In this document: positions 12,277-24,456 of the stretch, one piece after another | Numbering within the stretch: position 1 is the stretch's first letter | How the letters are laid out: every line of letters starts with the position of its first letter | Assembly (NCBI GenBank): GCA_008632985.1 | Contig: QPGO01000004.1 | Coordinates: 806,001-870,000, forward strand | DNA: 64,000 nt | Reading direction: 5' to 3' | Source: Psammoneis japonica | Taxonomy: Eukaryota | Notes under the pieces: model-generated | What the model was told of the DNA's origin: nothing | What the model saw: only the letters and a program-made list of their open reading frames with translations | Databases searched by the model: none | Translations under genes and position numbers: made by a program

Positions 12277-12590
12277 GGTAAAAGTCGTAAATTGCTCCTC
12301 TCAAATTGAAAATCTGAGGCGTTGCGTTGTTGGTTGGCACTTTTGGCGCTTCAACATCGAATGGATTGGTACTGAATCTACGGAAGTCTGTACATACGTA
12401 GAAAACATATTGGAGCTTATGTAGGCGATCTTCAACATCGTAGGACGGACAGGTCGCGCCGAAATTATTGTGGATTGTGGATTGATCGACGGATGATAAA
12501 AATGACACCGAGCACAACAAAGGAAACGTGCAAGCCGCTCGAACCCCCACAACGCCTTCCCTTTAGCCATCTATCTGGCATCACCCTATC

Positions 12591-13310
12591 ATGAAACGTT
12601 CAGCTGACGACAGCCACGCAGGTCCTGCACTCACGCGTCGCTCGACACGTGCGTCCGTTCGCCGCGAACAACGCGAGCAGTTAGCGCTCGTGGCACAACA
12701 CGAACGCGCTTCCGTGCTCATGTCGACGCCTCTCCTTCAGGCTCTGCCTTTTGTTTTGTCGAGTGGATATCTCTACCAGCACGACTGCATGTCAGCGGCA
12801 GCCACATGTCAGAACTGGTTTCACACTTGGAAGGAGGTGGAAGATCAGTTTCCAGAAGACTCGCAGTTTGAGGTCTTTGTCGAGAACATCACTAAATCTG
12901 TTAGAAGGAGTGTCATCAGCGAATGGCCCGCGTGGGTGGAGGAGCAAAGCCTTCAATCGACACTCTCGTCACCGCAGTTTGTTCGTCAAGTTGTTGACAA
13001 GGTCCATGCTTTGAAGTTGGCGTCGAAACCAGGCAAGACGGCTCGCGCCAGAGCCAAGGCCAAGGAAGCGCTGCCCGTTTGGGGTGTTGACCTTCAAGTC
13101 GCGATTGTCCAGGTTTGGGGTCCCAACTCTCATAACTTTGGAGGCATGCATATCGAGATGGGCAAGAAGAGGTGCTGTAGGATTCTTCAAAGCGGCCGTG
13201 CATTCTTGAGGGGGCGCGCACCATTCACGTGCCGCCTTCACCCAGATATGGAGTTGTGGACCGGTATTCGCAACTGGGAAGTATACGATGGAGAACCCCT
13301 CTGGCCATGA
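12591..13310 (+). CDS. Hypothetical protein
   Basis: 239-aa ORF with good start context; no recognised domain. Confidence 0.5.
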   Translation: MKRSADDSHAGPALTRRSTRASVRREQREQLALVAQHERASVLMSTPLLQALPFVLSSGYLYQHDCMSAAATCQNWFHTWKEVEDQFPEDSQFEVFVENITKSVRRSVISEWPAWVEEQSLQSTLSSPQFVRQVVDKVHALKLASKPGKTARARAKAKEALPVWGVDLQVAIVQVWGPNSHNFGGMHIEMGKKRCCRILQSGRAFLRGRAPFTCRLHPDMELWTGIRNWEVYDGEPLWP

Positions 13311-13931
13311 TTTAGATATTGTAGCGTGGAAACGAATTTGTTACCGTACATACGGGGATACTTTCGCTAAAACTGCGCGCAGTAGAATGGGGGTGGCAAG
13401 ATTTGCGACGTGGAATGCGTACTGTACTTGGTCAAGACTGAGAAACATTACATGAATACTGCATGCAATCGAGCAAACTAAACTTTGGCTGGGAGAGCTG
13501 AAATCTTCATGAAATACTCTAGGAATCAATAGGAATAGATTTACAAATTGACGATTCAGACAACTCGTTGTACAGCCGCAACCACGGAGCTTATTGCATG
13601 GTTGTTTTGATAAGCGAAACCTACCAGAAGCCTCATTATCCTGCTGTGCTTCATAATCTCTACCATCCGCAGTCATCCGGAAAACTCTCATACGAGAGAC
13701 TTTTTTCCGGCCATTGCAAGTCACGATCAAGCTTCTCTCACGCCACAATTAATACCTGAACAGCTAGTCAGTCATAACCCGGTGCTACTGTACAATGCCC
13801 ATCACCACACGGGTGTAGAATGTCAAGGCAGGGTAGTCACGTTCCAATACCAGCAACTAATTCAACTTATTAAGAGTGGCATGAGAATGCAGAAGGTAGG
13901 TCAATACGCACCCTGCAGAAATGCTCCTACC

Positions 13932-14720
13932 TTACGTTTGACTCCTGCTACGACTCCTAGAGCGGGAATAGGACCTCGATCTACTTCTACCACTCCCGTC
14001 GTCACTATCCCCTCCTCTCCGACGACGGTGGGACCTTTTCTTCTCCTCACGGCGGCTCCGCTTTCGCTTCTTCTTTTCCCGGTGGCGCTCTGATTCTCGC
14101 TTCATCGCCTCCTGCCGCCGGTCTTCTTCGCAGTCGGCCTCGAGACTCCTAATCAGAGCCATGGGAACGGGCTTGATATGCATAAAGTTGCAATACCCGC
14201 CACGACTGCAAGTATCCTCATCAAAGTCACGGCAGCGAGCCTCGCGAAAGTCTGTCACGGGTGAGAACTCGACTTCAATCTTGCGACCGTCGTAGAACCG
14301 CCCATTCATGACCTGTAGAGCGTCACTCGCTTCCTCTTCGTCGGAGAACTTGCAATAGACGTGACCAATCATGTGATCTCCAAGATTGTCGCATACGTGC
14401 AACTGCTCAATCACCCCAAATTTGCTCAGCTCCACAAACATGTCTTCAAAGAAGCAAAGAAAATCCTCGAACGCTTGCTCTTTATCTACAAGCGATTCGG
14501 GATTCATGGCGGGTGCGCCTCCTCCTCCGGAGAGCTTGAGCTCTGCTTGACGAACAGGATGACGGTACAGATGCTTGATTAAAATCGTCTGGCTGAACGC
14601 CGGCCGATGATGAAGACGGGAGCAGCGGTCTGAGTGACGGCATGCTCCAATCTTGAAGTAAAACGGACAGTTCACCTTATCCTCTTCGGTTCCGTGAATT
14701 CGTGCTAGATGCTTTGCCAT
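13932..14720 (-). CDS. U2AF1: Splicing factor U2AF small subunit (U2AF35)
   Basis: GTEEDKVNCPFYFKIGACRH, UHM/RRM, SPVTDFREARC, second CCCH finger, RS tail. Confidence 0.97.
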   Translation of the reverse strand: MAKHLARIHGTEEDKVNCPFYFKIGACRHSDRCSRLHHRPAFSQTILIKHLYRHPVRQAELKLSGGGGAPAMNPESLVDKEQAFEDFLCFFEDMFVELSKFGVIEQLHVCDNLGDHMIGHVYCKFSDEEEASDALQVMNGRFYDGRKIEVEFSPVTDFREARCRDFDEDTCSRGGYCNFMHIKPVPMALIRSLEADCEEDRRQEAMKRESERHREKKKRKRSRREEKKRSHRRRRGGDSDDGSGRSRSRSYSRSRSRSRSQT

Positions 14721-15066
14721 GATGATATAAGTGCCGATGTAGAGATCACAACGTCCTTCAGAGTATGAAATTCTACCAGTGCCTTTCGCTGCGACGTCGA
14801 CGTTGCCATTGTGAGAACAACGTTGTTTTCTCGTGGGTGCGGATGCGATGATGGACACAGGGATGGGATGGACGGACGGACGGACGGAAGAGATTCGAAA
14901 GAAACCCGGAGAAGCTCTTCGATCGGTATCCTCTATCCTCTGTTCTGTCTGTACTACGGTACTAATAGCTCTCTCTACGACTAGCTCTCTAGAGTAGAGA
15001 CTAGCTAGAGAGAGTGGCTAGGATATTAATAGGAAACAGCTCCTTCAGTGTGAAGACTGTAGAGAA

Positions 15067-15461
15067 GCAGCTATTCGGGGTCGGGTTGACTTGCTTGAAC
15101 TCTGGTTCCGCCGTTGTCTGCTGCGAGGAACTGCAGAACAGGTTCAAGTCTCGCCACTTACTACAGTTGGATCCCGCACTGCATTCCGCGCGGCTGGGTA
15201 GTTTGCGGCTACCGGTAGGCTCTAGCTACTAGGGGTGGCTAATGGTAAATATCTAGAGGCACACCGATTTCCGCCTTCACTCTCTCAAAACTCTCTCCGC
15301 TTGTAACTATCTAGAGTTAGAGTGTAGATAAGGCGTGTGTGTGTGTATCGGCGGCGCAACAGAGAGGTGCTCTTCTCTGACGAGACACGCTAGTCACCGC
15401 AACTCACCCGATTTTGTTGGACATGATACACTATCAATACTAATGCACCAATGACGGAGTG
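15067..15461 (+). repeat. Diverged direct repeat, copy A (matches 19393-19722)
   Basis: Shared colinear blocks GGGTTGACTTGCTTG, AGAACAGGTTCAAG, GCATTCCGCGCGGCTGGGT, TCTCCGCTTGTA, CTATCAA. Confidence 0.9.
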
Positions 15462-15601
15462 ACACCTGCCCTCCCGATCGGAAGCCTCGTTATTGCTTAG
15501 CTCAATGGATTAAAAGTACAACTTTATTATTCATTCTAGTCGGTGCAGTGCTAGTTTCAGTTCCTGAAGTAGAAAATGTTTTCTATTGCTGCTACTTGCT
15601 A

Positions 15602-17026
15602 CTACGACAGAAACGAGAAGAAAAAGGCATCCGTGTCCAACGAATAGGGAGAACTGTTCTGGCCACCAGATGAACAGTTCCCAGAAATGTCGGCCGAGCC
15701 CAGAAATATGGCATCATCGGATGAGCTACCGACGATTCGTATCAAATCGGAATACACCTTGGCCGTCTGTGTCTTTCGAGCAGTGTTGTGGCTCCGATGC
15801 AACCAATCACACTGAAAACGAACCGTTGCACAATCGGGCCCGTGCTGTTCAATTCTTAAAAGTGGTACGCACCACACTTTCCCTTGGATACTTGCAATGA
15901 TGCGCTGCAATATAGGTGCTGGAAAGGACACGAGATTGACTTTGCCACTCCCTTTGGGCTGTAGACAGCCAATAGCTGCATCACCATAGTTCGACGGCGC
16001 ATCGGTGTTCCTCGAAAGGAAAAACGTTGACTTGTCTGCTACCGAAACTGACAAGTCAATGGCGCAAAGCCATCGCCACCCGAGGTTCCACAGAGTTTGC
16101 AAGACACCACAAATGAGTTTGGCCGAGGCAATATTTTCCTCTGTGGTCTGTGGACACCAAGGCCGTCCAATGCATTTGATTTGTCGAGTACCTTCAAAGT
16201 TGTTCGTCTCACTAATCCCGCGTTTCCAATGGTTTTGGACAGCACTATCAAGTGCAGATATGGTCATCTCATCCGTAACTCCAATGAGACGAATCTTGTG
16301 CATCCGTTCCAGCGCAATGGCACAAATCTCCGGGGGAAGGCGTCGAGGCATGGATGGGTCACGAAAGAACAAGAGTGAATCAGCATCGTAATCGCTAATG
16401 GAGCAGTCAAACGATACGACTCGACTCCAGCCATTTGATTCCATATATGCCAGCATCTTGATGACCATCTTGTATGCATCCACACTTTGAGAACTGCTCT
16501 TTTCCTTAGATAGCCAGGGTCGGCCAGCCAACTTGTATCCACGAATCCCGTACTTGTCATTCACAGTTACACCATATTTCCAGCTTGAAACAAGCACCTG
16601 CCTTAACCCTTCCATTTCCGATTCGGGAAGTTGTACTAAGCGAACCTTGTCTACGTGGCCCAGCTGTATAACAGCGAGTTGTGTGGGGTGGATGTCAGAA
16701 TTTCTTTGAAAGAAGAGAGTCCCCGCCGACCACCCAACAATGTTTAGGTCGGCGCAGCACAAGAGCTGCATATTATGTTGTTGCATGGCTTGCACGAGAT
16801 CCAAAAAGATCTGACGAGATGCAACGCTGGAAGCGTGGTAATCTTTCCAAACGTTAGTAGATTGAAATTTTAGTCGATAGCCACCGTCGCGCGGTGTTTT
16901 CAAGGCCTGCTGGATGTGACTATTGTTTGTGTTGTGGAAGAGGGCAAAATCTGCCTCGCAAAAGGGTTGAATCAGCGCCTTGGGCCCACTGCAGTAGTAA
17001 AGAGAAATCGTTTGGACTTCTGCCAT
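15602..17026 (-). CDS. Uncharacterised protein with ~115-aa internal repeats
   Basis: Intact intronless 474-aa ORF; repeated KVRLV/KIRLI/KVNLV ... GRPW ... GW ... DxS ... FF units. Confidence 0.85.
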   Translation of the reverse strand: MAEVQTISLYYCSGPKALIQPFCEADFALFHNTNNSHIQQALKTPRDGGYRLKFQSTNVWKDYHASSVASRQIFLDLVQAMQQHNMQLLCCADLNIVGWSAGTLFFQRNSDIHPTQLAVIQLGHVDKVRLVQLPESEMEGLRQVLVSSWKYGVTVNDKYGIRGYKLAGRPWLSKEKSSSQSVDAYKMVIKMLAYMESNGWSRVVSFDCSISDYDADSLLFFRDPSMPRRLPPEICAIALERMHKIRLIGVTDEMTISALDSAVQNHWKRGISETNNFEGTRQIKCIGRPWCPQTTEENIASAKLICGVLQTLWNLGWRWLCAIDLSVSVADKSTFFLSRNTDAPSNYGDAAIGCLQPKGSGKVNLVSFPAPILQRIIASIQGKVWCVPLLRIEQHGPDCATVRFQCDWLHRSHNTARKTQTAKVYSDLIRIVGSSSDDAIFLGSADISGNCSSGGQNSSPYSLDTDAFFFSFLS

Positions 17027-17206
17027 AGCGATTGTACTGTAGATTGTAGGAGTAACGACGACTAACCACGACGATAATGTGAGAAAATGAGGTCGAAAAG
17101 GTGCGTCTTCGTCAAAATCAGCGAATGAAAATTGAAAATCGCGAGCAAAATCACGCTACCGGGAATGAAAAGCACGACTGTAATCTTCCCTCGTTGTTGC
17201 GAGCTA

Positions 17207-17524
17207 CTACGAATTGCTGAACAATTGCGCGATACACGTGCCGGAACGGTGATTGTTGCTTCGGGCACGAAATTCGAGCTTCGCGCACGTAGAGACCGTA
17301 GAATATGTACCAGCATTCGAGAATGTCCGATTTGTGTAGATCACGTAGCACCGTACCACAGAGGTCATTTCATGAAATTCCCGCGACGACTCATACGACT
17401 CCAATGGTATTTTCAATACCATATGCTATGTAGAATGGACATCTCCCGAACGGTGATTGTTGCTTCGGGCAACGATATTCGAGCTTCGGGCACGTGTATC
17501 GCGCAATTGTTTTGCAATTCGTAG
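17207..17524. mobile_element. MITE with ~36-40 bp terminal inverted repeats and TA target-site duplication (Tc1/mariner type)
   Basis: CTACGAATTGCtgAACAATTGCGCGATACACGTGCC at 17207 versus its reverse complement at 17489-17524 (2 mismatches); TA at 17205-17206 and 17525-17526; internal repeat GAACGGTGATTGTTGCTTCGGGCA occurs twice. Confidence 0.85.
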
Positions 17525-17526
17525 TA

Positions 17527-19390
17527 ATGTACAGCATGGTGTCTCTTGGAGTCCTGACTACTCTCATCATTCTCGCTTCGTTTCTGCCGACTTACAAACT
17601 GCTAAGCAAGACGGAGCCTCTGGATTCGGCTGAGTTGAATTTCATCGCTGGTGGTTTGGTGGCTCTTGCATGTGGTGGCATCATGGGATGCACGAAGACA
17701 GGTTCGAAGCCCAGTTTTGTGGGAGGGTTGGCAGGTGGGGTTCTGCTGGTGCTGCCGAATCACAGTTTGAGGGCCACCTGCTGGCTGGCACCATGGGCGT
17801 TATCCTCATGTTTATGCCCACTGGACTCGTCGCCGCTGTGGGAGCTGGCATCACAGTGTGTGCAACTTCAGAGCTTCGCCTCTGATCTCTTTGCAGGATT
17901 TGGAAAAAATGCTTTGCGTGCACTCCAGCAACAGTCCTCCAGTCTTGATCTGGTTGCTCCAGTCACCACTTCTGAATTCCAGGCTTGGCTAAACATGCGT
18001 GTGCTCTGACTGGCATTGCTTGACTCTGATCACTCCTGCTTCATTTCCGCAGTCACAACACAAAAGCGAACATGTCACAAAGGAAACGGAGCTCTGTTTC
18101 ACCGCCGTTTGGGATGGATCTGCACCATGCATCAAAACAGCTGTTGGGAGAGGAAGTGGTCAATCTTTCAACATGAGAGAACACAAAAAGAAGCTGTGGG
18201 CGGTGCTGCTTTCGACACGGGATTCTGGCGCGGGACGGCAGAGGTCGTTCGGGTTCTCTTGAAGCAAGAGACTGTGAACGCAAATGTTGCTGTCCATGAC
18301 AATGATTGCCCAGAGCACCAGGCCTTGTGGCAGGGGGGTCCTTGTTCAGTTTGGAGCTGAAGTGGAGGCTGAGAACATCCATGGAGCAAGGCCCTTGTCC
18401 TGCACAAGCACGAGAGGTCATGCTCCCATTGTCAAACTGCTTGTTGAAAAATGCCATGCCATCATTGATGTTAAATCACCATTCAGCTGTGCCCCCCAGC
18501 ATTTTGTGTGCAATGGGGTGCACGTTGATGTTGTTGCAACGCTTGTTCAGTTTGGCGCCCAGGTGGATGCAATGGACAGGGACAGAAACAGCGCACTTCA
18601 TGCACATGGATTGTGCCGGAAAGCACCCAGATGCTGTCCGTGTGCTCCTTTCAGTTGGTCAGTTGGTGCGAATCCAACTCAAGTTGACAATGCCGGGAAG
18701 CAACCATCAGACAGCATCACCTGGAGGAAGCAAAAGAGAGCTGTGGGCAATCTGGAAGTTGCGCTGCAGAAATTTGCTGGAGTCAACAGGTGTGCCATCA
18801 CTTCCAACAGAGAGATTTGTGCCTCAGAAAGCTGGGAAAATTGTGACATTAGAATGTTGTCGGTGCATTGTGTGCCAGAACCTCCTCACATGAGGAAGAC
18901 AGAAATGGATGGGCCACCGCACTTTTTCCTTTCTCACACCAGAATGAAAGAGCAGATGGCACAACCAGCGCATTGGCTTCTCACAATTGTGCCAAAGGCG
19001 GAGGCCTTTCTTGACAATGAGACAATCTAAGCAGGTGAAGACAATTTTTTCTCTGGGGTCAAACCAGCTCTGACCATTTCATCCCCATCATTCCAGAAAC
19101 ACGAATCCTGCGCAATGAAATGAACACGTTCATGTCCCGGCTTGCAAGGAAAGATGGCATTGATCTTCTTCCAGCTCTGTGGCATGCCATGCCAGTGAAA
19201 AATTCAGTGGCATCAGTGATCTTGTTGATGGCTGTGCAAAAGAAGACAATGACACAGTCTGGCTCAAGGGCGAAAGTGGTGATCCTGCGGAACACATGGT
19301 TGGCAGTCTCTGGCCACAACTGGTCCAGGTGCAGGCAAAAATGAAAAAGTGCTGCACTGCGAGTTGAAGGACATGACCTTGAACGCCATC
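17527..19390 (+). pseudogene. Hypermutated, frameshifted gene: TMEM14-like TM region, ankyrin repeats, TIR-like C-terminus
   Basis: GGIMGCTKTGSKPSFVGGL (TMEM14-like, Y>C); ankyrin fragments GHAPIVKLLVE, GVHVDVVATLVQFGAQVDAMDRDRNSALH; FFLSHT...FLDNETI; several frameshifts and stops; TA almost absent. Confidence 0.7.
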
Positions 19391-19392
19391 TC

Positions 19393-19722
19393 GCAGCTAT
19401 TCAGGGCCGGGTTGACTTGCTTGTACTATCTCTGGTTCCCCCGTTGTCTGCTAACTACAGAACAGGTTCAAGGTCTCGCTACTAGTTTGATCCCGCCCAG
19501 CATTCCGCGCGGCTGGGTGGCTTGTGGGGTGGTGGTAAATCTCTAGAGGCTTACCGATTTCTGCATTCCACTCTCTGAAACTTTCTCCGCTTGTAGAAAG
19601 AGTGTGCCTATCGGCATTGACAGAGGTGTTCTTGTCTGCTGAGACTTACTGTCGCCGCCGCCACCAACCCGATCTTTTTTGAGGCGGTACCCTATCAACA
19701 CTAACGCATCTATGACGAAGTG
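19393..19722 (+). repeat. Diverged direct repeat, copy B (matches 15067-15461)
   Basis: Same colinear blocks as copy A, with several small deletions. Confidence 0.9.
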
Positions 19723-19755
19723 GTTTCATCATAGCCTATGAGGTACCATTTTACA

Positions 19756-22700
19756 TTAAAGCTCAGACACTTCTCTAGTGACACGAGTGGCACGTTGTGC
19801 TGCAACAACGCTAGACACACTGACGCCGATCACAAGCAGGCTGACAATAGCAACCTCCAATAAAACACGCCATCCCGTGTGTTCCTTTTCCTGTTTATAC
19901 TTGTGTGCATGTCCAGTATTGAAATGAAGCGGTACAAAACTGACCCGACGGTATTGGTCTGTGTTTGATCGATGCTCATTCTCGAGCCGAAAGAAGGCCC
20001 AGACCGTACGTCGAACAAGCTCCAGAGACATTGTTACCGCCGTAAGGTACTGCGGTAGCTCAAACCTGGCACCGGATTGAGGAGGGATCAAACTCTGTAC
20101 CCACATGAATCGCAAGACAAAGTCTGCCAACATTACTGCATAGTACCACCATCGCTGAGGATACATGAGTCGCGGACCAAGGAAGCCATATTTTCGTAAT
20201 CCAAGACCCTAAATAGATTTCAAGAACGAAGCAACAACAGTGAGAGAGAACAGAATCTGTTTCTCACACAAAATTATCCATCGTTTACTTTACCCAATCC
20301 ATAAACACGTCCCAACAGAAACTATATAATGAAGACGCAACAAAGAGCATCATCCAGAAAATCTGAAAAACTGAAATAGAGTTGACAGTCTGTCCATGCT
20401 TCTCCTTCTCTCCGAGCCAGTCGAGATACAAGGGATGAAAAGCCCCGAATAACGTAACTGTTTGAGACATTGCATATTTGAATGCGTTGGCAAGATTGGG
20501 CCACCGCTTCTTTGTGTCCAGATACCGACGAAGACATTGATTGAACCGAAACCACAACGGAAACAAACAGATTAGTGGAATCAAGACGTTCTTATACCAA
20601 AATGCATGCTGCCAATCATGAGCTGTTGATTCTGAATCGGTCTCCGGGATCAAGAAGTCTCCGGACAGAATGAATCCTAGTGTCCAAGCAATGTCCTGAA
20701 AGACTTTCACCATGCTAGTCAAGACGTCCCCAATGTACGTATGAAAGAACGACACGGGATGGAAAGGGGCTGTAGCAACTTCGTAGATCTTTTTCCACAT
20801 GGCAGATCTCGTCTTCCACGGGAAAAGGAGGTGCTTCACAGTGAACAGCACCAAAATGAATGGATACACGCCGCCCGGGACTATGTCCGGGATAGCCTGT
20901 GCCCCGGACTACAGGAAAATGGCAACATTCAAAAATATTAGCATACTTTGTTATCGACGAAAGAGTTGCACGATTATGATCTCACCTTGTAGTACAGAAG
21001 CATGAGCACAAGGAATGTCAAGTTTTCATCTACAACATCGTTGAAGATTTTTGTGGGGCTGTCAACTAGCTTTGGATTGAAGTCGAAGAGGTAAATATAA
21101 TTGACGCGGTATCGAGACCATACGTATACGCTGATTCCCCACAGCCAATGAAGCAGTAGAAGCCCCCCACAAGCTCGAAACACTGGGAACGCCGTTCGGC
21201 CTCCTATCGTTGAGCGTCCATCTTCGAGTAGACCCCAAATGCAATCCCAGCATACCCATAATGCCAATACTGAGCACATTCCGAGACGATATCCAAGGCT
21301 TTGCAATGTGGAAGTCAGTGCAAAAAGGTATAAGGGTTGAACTGGGGTTGAAATGAAATAAAACTCTCGCCCCCAACAGGCGGAGCGCATCCACCAAAAA
21401 CATTAAATTACTCACCGAAGCTGTGACCAATCTGTTTGCAGACCGTCACCACGTTTCGGAAGAATTTGAGCACGAGCTTCTCGTATGTTTCCTCCGCAGA
21501 ACCACTTCGCATAGAGCTTTTCCTTCGACCCGCGGCAGGAGTATTGGACACAATTGCACTAGTCGTTAACGACAAATAGTGACGCAACACGGCGATTGCT
21601 AGTAGTGGCAAACTTACCATACGATCCGCAATCTCTTCTGCCCCTGAACCTTCATCACACACTCTTGAGCTATCAGTAAATTCCTTGAAATACCCCTTCT
21701 TCTCTGGAAAGGTCTTGTCATGCTTTTTGATGATCTTGACGAACCCGGTGTAGTTGATTATGGAAAAATTGTGGAGCAGTTTCGCCATCCTTTGTTGGTC
21801 AGTGATTGCTCGCCTAACCGAATCAGCCTCTCTTATTCTATCCAGCGTTTCTTGCTTCTCCCCGCCAGCTTCTTCATTGTCAGAGAGTTCATCGTCCATA
21901 CCCTGAGATTCCGCGGGATTCCAAGGTTGAGCGAGACGAATGTTCTGAAGTCGATTGAACATGTCCGCCACTCGTCTTCTTCGTCGATGAGCACCAGGTG
22001 CATCCATATCCTCAGCTGGAGCCATGGACGAGAAGTGTTTGGAAGAGCGGACGCTGTCCACCAGGAACTTAAGCCTGCTTTCTAGCTCCTCTAGCTTAGA
22101 ATCGTAAAAGGCGTTCACCTTGTCAACCTGTGAAGCGATAGTCGAGATCGAAAAGCGTCAGAAGGGATTGCACGAATTGTTCGTTTACAAAAGACTGAAT
22201 GCAGCATCAGGAACGAACCTCTTCGACAAGAGTTTTAGCAAAAAGGCCTTCTTGGTTCTCCACAGCGATGAGAGCATCTCTAAGTTTGTTTTCGTATTTA
22301 CTCTTTGAAAAGTATCCGGTCACACCTTTGATTAATGAATGAACAGACGAATCTCCCATTTTCCTGTCATTCGAGCCAATGGAACGGAAGGATCCATGCG
22401 AATGCAATGACAGGTTACTCCCGTAACGAGGATCATGAGAGTTCTTCAATAGCTGCGCCGTCTCTGACGTCGTGGCATCACTTGCTGCTGCGCTGCCACC
22501 ACCGTCATTTTGAACTTCTGCTTTAGCCTCGTCCTTCTCGGCAGTCTTTGCTCTATCTGCAATGGCTTTCAAGTCTGTTGAAGAATTGACCCTCGAAGGA
22601 ACAAAGGCTAAACTTCCAGCTTCGTAGGCTTCCTGGATTTGCTTGGCAAGGTCAGGTCGCCTTTTGACCAATTCATCGCGTTTTTTCGCCGCTTCCTTTA

Positions 22701-22797
22701 GTTTCTTTAGAATCGCCTTCAGCTTCTCGTAGTTTATATAGAACTCTGCCCATTCGGCAACCTTATTATCTTCCAATTTTAGTCCAAACTCGACCAT
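19756..22797 (-). CDS. SPX-EXS phosphate exporter (XPR1/PHO1/SYG1 family), multi-exon
   Basis: MVEFG..L...W.EFYINYEKLK (SPX), INYTGFVKIIKKHDK, RVNYIYLF, GDVLTS, RFNQCLRRY, NAFKY, WDVFMDW, RRTVWAFFRLENEH. Confidence 0.95.
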
Positions 22798-24456
22798 TTA
22801 GCCATTCGTATGAAGATGTAAAGTCCAAGATACCTTGAATGCGAATTGTGAAGGGGAATAGTAACACGAAACGACGACGACGACGACGGCCCGCCCTTGA
22901 ATGAATTTTCGTGTCGGGTCTGTGGTCGGTGCGGTGGTCGGTGACCGGTGAACATGAAGGTTCCGGCAGTGGCGTAGCTTGTGGTATATTTTCTACGACT
23001 TGCGAAGATTCATTCATTCGTGGACGGTGACGTGTCGGCGCGACCAATGTCTGAACAATGAACATGCCCATTCTCACGAAAAACAGCGAGTGCACTGTGT
23101 GCTCGAAGAACGAGTGTAAACGAAAGTAGAATAAAGTACGAAAAGTAAAAATTATAAAAGATTAGATTTTACTCAATCATTTTGGGTTTATCCAAACGAG
23201 TTCTCAATGGCCTAAAGCTTCTGCACTGCTTCCACAGACCAAAAGGCCTTTCGGAGAATGCGGTCGCAACAACAGATTGTCCGGATCAGATTGCCATTGA
23301 CACGCAAGATGTCAACATCGTCAAGCAATCGCACTTGCAATTTTCAACATCCAATCAATTCTGTGTGACTGATCTGTCCTTTGCATGAACTCATGATTGG
23401 CGTGCGATTGAAATGTGGTGATGTCAAAATGCACACGCACACATGTGCAAAATGTGCACGAGACAACGCATGTTGCCCTCGCCTCCCCAATTGCACTTTG
23501 GAGTCATTCGTCAAACGGTGTGATGCAACAAATGTTGACAGTGTCAACAATGTCACCACATTTGATCTTCACTGTGCCACCAGTGTGTGCCGTTGTGTTG
23601 TTGCTTGCGGCCCAACACACAGGGCTCCCGCTCTGATTTTTTAGAGAGCCTTTTTCAAGCAGAATCGTTTCTCTTGCTCTGAACATGCATGGAGCACGTC
23701 GAGCATTCTCTCGAGCATTGTTTTCATTCATGATTTCTTGTTTTCATTTCTGGACAAACCTCCAATCAGCAATGTGTTGGACGTTAAAAATCGTGTCTCT
23801 GTTGAAGACCAGCTGTCCTGGTGTGGCTTGCATGGTGGCATGGCACGTGGAGCGTGCAGCAAAGGCCGCTGATGATGATGGCACACCAGAAAACAGATTG
23901 TTCTGCATCTGGAGGTGCACTTTGCAGGTCAAATGCATGCAGCATGTTGCCCAGGGCTTGATGCACAGCACTTGTTTGTGGATTTTCTTGTGTGGTGGCT
24001 GTGGGCTTGCATTGTGTGTCGCAGTCCTTTTCAACCATGTTTCTGAATTGGTGTCCAATGAACACACTTTCATGGTCATGTGCAGTTGACAATGGCCAAG
24101 GACATCTGCTTGGCCATGTCTGCTCCAACAATCCAGCAACAGTTGTGGATTCCTCATTTGGAATCTCCGCCACAACTTCAAACCATCTTGTTGCTGGATT
24201 GACCATTGTCAAACATTTCAGGGCTGGGGAATTCTTCTTTCCCTTGTGACGCATCTTGCATGGTCCAATGAGATCCACACACAGCTGTTCCCATGGCACT
24301 GCTTCAGTGCAATTGGGGGGGCAAATGCCCATGTTTCTTCTGTTTCTTTTTGAATTTTTGGCATGTCCCGCATTTTGACACACGCATTTTCGCATGTCTT
24401 TGCACAAGGCAGACTGCCACAAGTGTTGCGAGATTGTTTCTTTGGCTCTGTTTGTG

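Noticed and set aside
17241..17490. Repeated 24-mer resembling a CRISPR repeat
   Set aside because: Two copies only, inside a MITE, eukaryotic context and no cas genes.
23200..23475. Possible gypsy 3' LTR after the purine tract
   Set aside because: No matching second LTR found near 35800 and termini are not recognisable, so boundaries cannot be called.
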